30,000 nucleotides of DNA from Sutterella wadsworthensis (lineage in GTDB: Bacteria > Pseudomonadota > Gammaproteobacteria > Burkholderiales > Burkholderiaceae_F), in contig NZ_QNRV01000015.1 in the NCBI RefSeq assembly GCF_003315195.1, positions 8,814 through 38,813 on the forward strand, read 5' to 3'. The notes beneath the pieces were generated by a model that saw only the letters and a list, made by a program, of their open reading frames with translations, was not told the origin of the DNA and made no database searches. Below, in pieces: positions 15,366-22,196 of this stretch. Position numbers and translations under genes: made by a program. How positions within the stretch are numbered: position 1 is the first letter of the stretch; each line of letters starts with the position of its first letter.

Positions 15366-17093
15366 CTATTGCTTGACCGGCGTTTTCTTCAGAGCACTCT
15401 GCGCCGCTGCGTTCGTTTTGCGCAGCTCCCATGTCACCACCGAAACCGTGCGGTTAAATCCTTCAGGATCATGGAAACCGGAAGAAAGGTCGGTGAGGTA
15501 CCAATCTCGTGCGGAGAGGTATTTCTCATAGGCCGTTTCCAGCTTCTCCTTAACCTCTTGCGGAAGACTCGCCTCGCCCGCCTTGAGCTTCATGAAGATC
15601 CGCTGTGCGTCTTTAGCAGCCATCTCCATCTTCTGCACACGGATGCGGTATTCCTGCTGAATCGCTTCAATCGTATAAAGCGCCTGTCCCGGATCGGTCC
15701 AATTGCTCTTTGAGCCCGGACCATGGCAGGCACTGCGCATACAGGTGTTCTCAACCTTGAGCTTCACGAGACTGGGCTGATGTTCAGCCTTGCCGTCCGC
15801 TTTGCGGGCGAAGTGACAGTCCGTACAGGTCACCCCGGCCTGACCGTGCTTGCTCTGAAGCATGATTTCAACATGCGGATGATCCGATCCATTGACGTAA
15901 TGGACACCGGTCGTGCCGTTGACGCCTTGGTGCCATCCCTTCGACTTGAACCAGGCCCAGGATTCGAGGGGATCCTTAAAAAACTCCGTCGCGTAGGGGC
16001 TTACGCCGGCCTTCTGCAGGTCCTCCGGTCTAACCGGCTTATCGTCATTGAGCCATTTATAAGTCAGATAGCGATTCGCAGCGTTGTGACACTGACCGCA
16101 TTGGAAATTAGCGTTGTAGTCCTTCAGAATGCCGATCTTCCGTGTGAAGCCGCGCAAACCCATGTCGATGACCTCAATCGGAGTGGAGGCTTTGCTGCCG
16201 ACGGTCTTCTGATAGAAGTTCTCCCTGCCGTTTTCGCCGGTCATGGATTCAATCAAAGGCGCAAAAATGATGCGGGGCTCTGCGGAATGCGGGTCATGGC
16301 AGAAATTGCAGTTGAAGCCCGTCTGAATCTTTTTCAGCATCGGGACCACCGGACTTGAAAAGTCATAACCCTTGGGATTCGCCGACATCAGATCGTATGA
16401 GTACTCCATCATGGTCTCGGACGTTTTGCAAAGCAGGCAGCGGGAGTCTTGCTGTCCTTCACGCCCCTTGTGCGGACGCCAGCCGATGCCGATAACGTCG
16501 CCCATCATCTGATCGCCGTTTTCCGGATGCATGTCCTTGATGACATCCCAGTGCTTTTCTTGAGGTTTCCCCTGTCCCGTCTTGTCATCGTACTGGAAGC
16601 GTCCGTTCGCGCGGTTCGCCACAAAATCAGCCATCAAGCTTGAATGGAAACGAGGGAAGCGGTACTGCAGCGACCGCGGCCAACCATCGTCCTGATCACG
16701 GATGAACGAGTAGGCGGGATTCCCGCCCATTTTTGCCCACGCATAATGGTATTTCGGATTCATCAGGTCCTGATGTTCCGAGGTGTGGCATTGAGAGCAA
16801 GATTCGTAGTCAAAGCGCGTCGTCGGACGGTTCGCAGCGGAGGGCTTAGAAAAGTGTTCAGCCTTCACCGTATGGCACGACCCGCAGTTAACGTCCTTGT
16901 GCGCTCCGCGGGTGTGAAGCTTGCTGATGGTGGTATGGCATGACAGACAGGTCTGCGCATCGAGCGCCTGAGGGGGCGGCGTAAGGGGCGTACCGGCGGC
17001 ACGGCCGGTTCCGAGAGCTGATGCGGCCGTCGGCAAGCTGATTAAGGCCGCAGCAATCAGCATGGTTATGCGTGTTGTTTTTTTTGGGTGCAT
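15366..17093 (-). CDS. Periplasmic octaheme cytochrome c, NrfA-like catalytic module with a three-heme N-terminal extension (ONR-type architecture)
   Basis: The signal peptide is MHPKKTTRITMLIAAALISLPTAASALG. The heme motifs in order are CLSCH, CGSCH, CSQCH, CLLCK, CNFCH, CGQCH, CTDCH and CMRSACH. The last five sites and their contexts (CGQCHNAANRY, SDHPHVE...GVTCTDCH) parallel E. coli NrfA (CWSCK, CADCH, CGQCHVEYY, QHPEYE...VTCIDCH, CANCH). An AGGAG RBS lies 8 nt upstream of the ATG at 17093, so I prefer it to the track start at 17129. Confidence 0.85.
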   Translation of the reverse strand: MHPKKTTRITMLIAAALISLPTAASALGTGRAAGTPLTPPPQALDAQTCLSCHTTISKLHTRGAHKDVNCGSCHTVKAEHFSKPSAANRPTTRFDYESCSQCHTSEHQDLMNPKYHYAWAKMGGNPAYSFIRDQDDGWPRSLQYRFPRFHSSLMADFVANRANGRFQYDDKTGQGKPQEKHWDVIKDMHPENGDQMMGDVIGIGWRPHKGREGQQDSRCLLCKTSETMMEYSYDLMSANPKGYDFSSPVVPMLKKIQTGFNCNFCHDPHSAEPRIIFAPLIESMTGENGRENFYQKTVGSKASTPIEVIDMGLRGFTRKIGILKDYNANFQCGQCHNAANRYLTYKWLNDDKPVRPEDLQKAGVSPYATEFFKDPLESWAWFKSKGWHQGVNGTTGVHYVNGSDHPHVEIMLQSKHGQAGVTCTDCHFARKADGKAEHQPSLVKLKVENTCMRSACHGPGSKSNWTDPGQALYTIEAIQQEYRIRVQKMEMAAKDAQRIFMKLKAGEASLPQEVKEKLETAYEKYLSARDWYLTDLSSGFHDPEGFNRTVSVVTWELRKTNAAAQSALKKTPVKQ

Positions 17094-17114
17094 GGATGGA
17101 TCTCCTTTGAGGTG

Positions 17115-17139
17115 CTGCACCGCGGTCAAAGCGGTGCAG
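17115..17139 (-). other. 9-bp perfect hairpin in the transporter-cytochrome intergenic region
   Basis: CTGCACCGC-ggtcaaa-GCGGTGCAG ends about 10 nt upstream of the cytochrome RBS on the minus-strand transcript. No U-tract follows. Confidence 0.4.
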
Positions 17140-17213
17140 TCTTGATGAAGGAGATTCTTCCCGTCGTTCAGCCAGTTTTCGGAGCCACTTTCCTGCTCAA
17201 TGGCAGAGCCACT

Positions 17214-18455
17214 TCAGTTTCGCATAAGGTTTGCCGCCCTATCCGCCTTAGAGTGTCCGCCCGCCGAGGCCACTGTAAGGAACGCATCCGAAGAGGAATT
17301 GAGTGCAGTGCCGACAGAATCCTGCAGGACAGAGATCACAAAATATGCCGTCATCACTGCTGCAGTTGAATCACCGCACCCAAAGAGACCGAGAAGCGTC
17401 GGCAAAAGAACGGACGAACCGTTCGGGATGCCGGCTGCCGCCATGGAAAAAAGCGCCGAGCACATTGCGGCCGCTGCCAGCGTTCCCCAATCGCCCATGC
17501 CTGTTCCGATAAGTGCAAGGCTCACATAGACGGAAAGCGTCACAGCGGCGCCTGGCATGTTAAAGGCCGCGCCCAGAGGAATCGTGATCGACGCGACTTT
17601 GTCAGGCACCCCGTAACGCCGGCAGAACGCAAGGTTCATTGGAATGTTTGCGAGCGAGCTTCGCGAGAGAAACGCCGGGTAGGCGCTGTGCTCCAGAAGA
17701 TCAAGCAGTACGCCGCGCACGGGGCGTCGTGCAAATAATTTGTAGACAATAGGATTAATGACCAACAGACCGGTAAGCGTGACGCCCGACACTAAAAGCG
17801 CGACAGCGCCGAATTGTCCTAATGAAGAAAATCCTCCGCGAGTGAGTGCCCCCACTGTCAGACAGAAGACCGCCGCCGGAAGCAGCTTCAGATAGCAGCG
17901 CAGAGCAGCCATCAGTCGTATGCCTGCGGATTCGACGAGAGCGCGCACGTTTTGAGAACCCGCCCAGCGCAGCAGCAGACCAATTCCCAGTGCTGCCGCA
18001 ACTGCGCCAGGCATCAGCAGTTTCGGCATCACCTGCAAAACCGGCAGCATCTGACTCCACCCCGCAGCCGCTGTCGGATCCTGCCGCACCCCCAGTTCTG
18101 CGCTCAGATCAGGATAGGTCATTTCGACGCTTCCAGCGGCCAGCGCTCCCGCCATTGCGCAGAGGAACGTTGAGAGTATGAAGGCCAGAAAAACGCGCCC
18201 GACTCGGCAAAACCCGCTGCATTGAATCCCGCCGACAGCGGTCGACGTCGATGCCGCAACTAAAAGAGGAGCCGCCAAAGTCAATCCCCAAATAAACGCC
18301 TGTCCCGTCCAGGTCAGCAGTTCACGTACTTCGAAGCACCATCCGCCGGAAGGCAGCAAGCCATGAAACATAAGCGCAAAGATGAATGCTGCAGGAATGC
18401 TGTATCGCTGGCAGCGGCGCAGCGCTGCTGGCAAGCGGTTAGGAGATTTCATCAT
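17214..18455 (-). CDS. Dicarboxylate/amino acid:cation symporter (DAACS, GltP/TcyP-like) family transporter, diverged
   Basis: It is a polytopic membrane protein. It has diverged counterparts of DAACS signatures: RSSLANIP (SSSAxLP-like, HP1), AAAGIPNGSSVLL (HP2 GIP motif) and LQDSVGTALNSSSDAF (the DxxxTxxNxxxD motif of TM8). The start codon is uncertain because no clear SD is present. Confidence 0.7.
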   Translation of the reverse strand: MMKSPNRLPAALRRCQRYSIPAAFIFALMFHGLLPSGGWCFEVRELLTWTGQAFIWGLTLAAPLLVAASTSTAVGGIQCSGFCRVGRVFLAFILSTFLCAMAGALAAGSVEMTYPDLSAELGVRQDPTAAAGWSQMLPVLQVMPKLLMPGAVAAALGIGLLLRWAGSQNVRALVESAGIRLMAALRCYLKLLPAAVFCLTVGALTRGGFSSLGQFGAVALLVSGVTLTGLLVINPIVYKLFARRPVRGVLLDLLEHSAYPAFLSRSSLANIPMNLAFCRRYGVPDKVASITIPLGAAFNMPGAAVTLSVYVSLALIGTGMGDWGTLAAAAMCSALFSMAAAGIPNGSSVLLPTLLGLFGCGDSTAAVMTAYFVISVLQDSVGTALNSSSDAFLTVASAGGHSKADRAANLMRN

Positions 18456-18696
18456 TTAGGTGACGCTCAGCTCAAAGCTGCAAAGGAAGAAAAATGATTC
18501 GCGGCAATACCCCTCCTTGCCTTGCGGATCTACCCACAAGAGCTTATCCCCTGCCATCCAATTCATTAGAGATTTGGATGCCTCCTTCATATTGGCACCA
18601 TCAAAAGGTCTCCAATTGGCTCTGCGCCAGCGGAAATGGCTTCATAGACTGGTCCCAGCTGAGGTTCTCCAGCCTCTATTCCTGCACGCTTTTGCC

Positions 18697-19731
18697 ATGT
18701 CCCATCTCTTCACCAACCTGCGCTGCATCCCTTTGAGCGTACTGCTTGCTTTCATCGGCGGCGTCCTTTTGGTCGGGTCTTCCGGGATGGAGACCCTCAA
18801 GAACTTTGTGTCCCGGCCGTATATAGCTGACATTCTGGCTGTACTGAAGATCCTCGGCAGCACCGCGGCAGCCCTCTCACTGGTCCTCTACCTGATCCGC
18901 CGCACTCGAGCGCCCTTCACGCGGCAATCGCTGGCAATGATCGGTCTTCATGCCGGACTGCTCGCGATGGTGGTCAGCATGGGGCTGGACTTTGCCTTAG
19001 GCTTCAAGGGCTTCGTCTACATTCGTGAGGGCGAGAGCGCAGCCACCTGGTTTGACGATGCGGGCAACGAGCGGCCTCTGGGCTTCTTAGTCGAATGCCT
19101 TAATTTCAAACTCGACGTCTATCCCGGCACTACGCGCCCCGAACGTTATGCCTCAACCATTCGGTTCTCTTCATCGCGGGATGACACTGTTCCCGCCTCA
19201 AGCCTGCTTCTGGCGGTGAACAGTCCCCAATCCTATCAAGGCGTCACGTTTTATCAGCAGGACTGCGGCCTTGCACCTCGAAAAGACAGCGCCGTGGAAG
19301 TGAAAGCTGCCGTTCGCGACCGCGAGATGAGTTACCTCATCGCCATTGGCGAACCGATCCAGCTCACCGACGGCACATTCCTCCTTATCGAAGACTTTTC
19401 GCCGACCATCACTTTTGTCAAAGGACGTCCCCAAACCATCGACGCCGATCAGATGCGCAATCCCGGCTATCTGATTCGGCTTGTCAGACCTTCCGGGGAA
19501 GATCTGAGCCACTGGGTGATGCCGTATCAGAACGCGACATGGATCGAAGACGATCTCGTCATCGAAGTCGGCGACTTCAAAAACCTCGAATACACCGTTC
19601 TTTCCGTTGCCAAAACCCCCTTTGCCTGGCTTTTCTATGCCGGCGGTCTTGTCGCCGGACTGAGCCTGCTGCTCTACACCTTCATCACTTTCGGTTCACG
19701 ATCTTTTTCCGAGGCCAGCCATGAATATTGA
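18697..19731 (+). CDS. ccsB: Cytochrome c biogenesis protein CcsB/ResB (system II)
   Basis: ResB-family hallmarks are present: a TM His in IGLHAGLLAMVVSMGL, FVYIREGES, LNFKLDVYPGTTRPERYASTIRF, and AVNSPQSYQGVTFYQQ followed by a C-terminal TM. I chose the ATG at 18697 because the hydrophobic N-terminus begins there. The 79-aa upstream extension from 18460 looks non-coding. Confidence 0.75.
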   Translation: MSHLFTNLRCIPLSVLLAFIGGVLLVGSSGMETLKNFVSRPYIADILAVLKILGSTAAALSLVLYLIRRTRAPFTRQSLAMIGLHAGLLAMVVSMGLDFALGFKGFVYIREGESAATWFDDAGNERPLGFLVECLNFKLDVYPGTTRPERYASTIRFSSSRDDTVPASSLLLAVNSPQSYQGVTFYQQDCGLAPRKDSAVEVKAAVRDREMSYLIAIGEPIQLTDGTFLLIEDFSPTITFVKGRPQTIDADQMRNPGYLIRLVRPSGEDLSHWVMPYQNATWIEDDLVIEVGDFKNLEYTVLSVAKTPFAWLFYAGGLVAGLSLLLYTFITFGSRSFSEASHEY

Positions 19732-20614
19732 AGAACTCTTCACCCTGTCTGGAACAGGTTTGGTCATCGGCGCTCTGCTGTCCTGGCTCTCGCTTGCATT
19801 TACGGCTCGGAGGGTTCCGGCCAGTGCGGCTCAGACTCAGCCCAATTCACGCCAGCCGCTTTCATCCGGAGGCAAAGCACTTCGAGTTTTCAGTCTTGCC
19901 GCAGCGCTTCTTGCTTTAATTGGCCTCGGCTGGGGACTTCTGGATCGGTGGCGTTGGTACATGTGGCAGATGAATACGGACTGGTTTCTCTCCTTTCCGA
20001 CCGCCACTTTCTATGAGTCGGCAGTCTTTTGCGCCTTTCTCACTGCATTGGCATCTGCCGCATGTTCCTCCGTGCGCCGCAGCCCGCAGCTTTTCGGCGG
20101 AGGCATCATGCTGAGCGGCATTGTGCTGCTGGCATTGAATCTCTATGCGGTGCCGACTGCTCCAGTGCTCTTTTTGCCCGCCCTTCAAAGCTATTGGCTG
20201 GTTGCACATGTCACGCTTTCCTTTACAGCCTACGCACTCTTTGGCCTTTCTGCCTGCGCCGGAGCCGCACTTCTCTGCGGCGGCGCCTCTGCGGAAACAG
20301 CAGCACCGCTCATCCGCCGTCTGAACCTCCTCGGACTCGTAATCTTCACGATCGGGGGGCTCTTCTTCGGGGCAATCTGGGCGCATCACTCCTGGGGACG
20401 CTTTTGGGCGTGGGATCCCAAAGAGACCTGGGCATTTATCACTTGGTGCGCCTTCCTCGCTATTCTTCATTTTGATCACCGCCGCGAGCTTCCCCCGCGA
20501 AAACTCGCCGCAGCGACACTTGCGGCTTTCGCCGTACTAATCTTCACTTACGTCGGCGTTAACATTTTCTTTGCGGGTCTGCACAGCTACGCCGCACTAG
20601 AGGTCTCTCCATGA
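19721..20614 (+). CDS. ccsA: Cytochrome c assembly protein CcsA (system II heme-handling, WWD domain)
   Basis: The Trp-rich WWD motif is WAHHSWGRFWAWDPKETWAFITW. Conserved TM histidines occur in WLVAHVTLSF and ILHFDH. It overlaps the 3' end of ccsB by 11 bp. Confidence 0.85.
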   Translation: MNIEELFTLSGTGLVIGALLSWLSLAFTARRVPASAAQTQPNSRQPLSSGGKALRVFSLAAALLALIGLGWGLLDRWRWYMWQMNTDWFLSFPTATFYESAVFCAFLTALASAACSSVRRSPQLFGGGIMLSGIVLLALNLYAVPTAPVLFLPALQSYWLVAHVTLSFTAYALFGLSACAGAALLCGGASAETAAPLIRRLNLLGLVIFTIGGLFFGAIWAHHSWGRFWAWDPKETWAFITWCAFLAILHFDHRRELPPRKLAAATLAAFAVLIFTYVGVNIFFAGLHSYAALEVSP

Positions 20615-22086
20615 CGCCCCATCCGTTCTCCATCAAACTCGATCAGACTTCAGTCGTGCCGCTTAACGAGCAGCTCACTAAGGCCCTGCAGGAGGAGATC
20701 AGACACCGGCTCCAACCCGGCGACAGGCTGCCTGCCTCGCGCATTCTGGCCGAATGCCTCGGCATCTCGCGCAATACCGTAACGGCCGCCTACAAACGCT
20801 TAGTAGATGAAGGATGGTGCGATGCCAGAGTGGGCAGCGGCACGTGCGTTGCGGAGCATCTGCCGCTGCGTGAACGGAGAGACCCCCGCACAGGCAGGCC
20901 GCCCACAGAGACTTCCAGCCTTCCAGAACTCTCAGAACGCGCGCAACTGGCGCTCTGCGCTGCGCAGTTCCATGTTCAGACCGAAGAACCGCTGGCGGTT
21001 GCCGCACCAGACTACGACAGCCTGCCGGGGAAAAAATGGACTCAGATTGTTGCGCGCATCTCTAAAAGTCCCTGGATGCACAACAGCTACTGCCATCCGG
21101 GAGGCTGGGGGCCTTTTCGCCGCGTCCTCGCAGATCATCTGCGCTCTGCTCGAGGGATTTCCTGTGACCCCGAACAGATCATCATTACCTCGGGTATTCA
21201 GCAAGGCCTCGCTCTGTGCGCGCAAATCCTCTTTAATCCTGGTGATGCCGTCGCACACGAAGATCCAGGCTTTGAAGTCCACCGCAGCACACTTCGCTAC
21301 TGGGGCCTTCGTCCCGCACCTGTTCCCGTTGACGCTGAAGGGCTCTGCGTCGAGCAGCTTTCTGCTTTCCCTGAAGTCCGAGGCGTTTTGGTCACGCCGA
21401 GTCACCAGTACCCGCTCGGAATGCTCATGTCGCGGCAGCGAAGAGAAGCTCTAATCCGCTGGGCATCAGCGCACAAGGCTTGGATCATAGAGGACGACTA
21501 CGACAATGAACTCTCTTACGCCGGCTCACCAACGACGGCGCTCGCTGCTATCGCAGAGATTCAATCTTCCGTGGTATACCTCGGCAGCTTTTCGAAAATG
21601 ATCTACCCGGGCTTCGGCCTCGGATACTTGGTTGCCCCCAAAAGTGCTGCGAAGGCCTTCGAGGGCGCCAAGCTCTTATCAGACCGACATGAGTCCGAAG
21701 TGCACCAAACCATTCTCACCGAATTCATCAGCGGAGGTTTTTACGACGCACATGTGCGGCGTCTGAAAGTGCTCTATGCCAAGCGGCGCAATGCAGCCAT
21801 CCGCGCCATCGGCCGCTTTCTTGGCGACATTGGTCACCTCACGATCGACAACCAAGGCACGCACCTGTGCTTTTGTTTTGAAAAAGCGCTCGACGACGTG
21901 CATCTTGCGGACTACCTGCGTCGGGAACACCGCCTCGAGACACGCGCTCTTTCGCCCTGCTTTGCCGATGCGCCCAAAGAGTACGGTCTGATCCTCGGTT
22001 TCGCGGGCTTTTCAGAGGTTCAGCTCGAAAACGCGGTCGAAGAGCTCTCGAGGGGTATCCGTTCGTTTCTGCGCACCTCAAACTGA
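20611..22086 (+). CDS. MocR/PdxR-type transcriptional regulator (GntR wHTH fused to a fold-type I aminotransferase-like domain)
   Basis: The N-terminal GntR HTH is LPASRILAECLGISRNTVTAAYKRLVDEGW. The C-terminal aminotransferase domain has the PLP-lysine motif YLGSFSKMIYPGFGLGYLVAP. The ATG overlaps the ccsA stop (ATGA at 20611-20614). Confidence 0.88.
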   Translation: MTPHPFSIKLDQTSVVPLNEQLTKALQEEIRHRLQPGDRLPASRILAECLGISRNTVTAAYKRLVDEGWCDARVGSGTCVAEHLPLRERRDPRTGRPPTETSSLPELSERAQLALCAAQFHVQTEEPLAVAAPDYDSLPGKKWTQIVARISKSPWMHNSYCHPGGWGPFRRVLADHLRSARGISCDPEQIIITSGIQQGLALCAQILFNPGDAVAHEDPGFEVHRSTLRYWGLRPAPVPVDAEGLCVEQLSAFPEVRGVLVTPSHQYPLGMLMSRQRREALIRWASAHKAWIIEDDYDNELSYAGSPTTALAAIAEIQSSVVYLGSFSKMIYPGFGLGYLVAPKSAAKAFEGAKLLSDRHESEVHQTILTEFISGGFYDAHVRRLKVLYAKRRNAAIRAIGRFLGDIGHLTIDNQGTHLCFCFEKALDDVHLADYLRREHRLETRALSPCFADAPKEYGLILGFAGFSEVQLENAVEELSRGIRSFLRTSN

Positions 22087-22150
22087 GGCATAAGCTCTCG
22101 TCACCTCGAACGCAGGCTTCACTAGAGCAGATCCAAAAATCATCGGGGAA

Positions 22151-22177
22151 GGTACGCTGCTTGGGCCGCAGCGTACC
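22151..22177. terminator. Hairpin at the convergent junction of the MocR gene and the autotransporter gene
   Basis: The perfect 10-bp stem is GGTACGCTGC-ttgggcc-GCAGCGTACC. On the minus strand TTCCCCGATGATTTTT follows. On the plus strand GGTTCTC follows. Confidence 0.5.
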
Positions 22178-22196
22178 GGTTCTCAGACGATAACGT

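Noticed and set aside
18591-18604. FNR/CRP-like sequence ATTGGCACCATCAA in the divergent region between the transporter gene and ccsB
   Set aside because: Only the right half-site (ATCAA) fits TTGAT-N4-ATCAA. The left half does not match, so it is not convincing.
18460-18696. 79-codon N-terminal extension of the ccsB ORF. Analogous upstream extensions affect the ORFs for ydiB (10349), aroD (11295), ydiF (12255), the cytochrome (17129), the autotransporter (25019) and DUF362 (26370).
   Set aside because: The extensions are hydrophilic or odd in sequence and are absent from the homologues I recall. In each case an internal start gives a proper N-terminus (a signal peptide, a TM segment or the homologous start). 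In five of the seven cases (ydiB, ydiF, the cytochrome, the autotransporter and DUF362) that internal start is also preceded by a good SD; ccsB and aroD have no clear SD.
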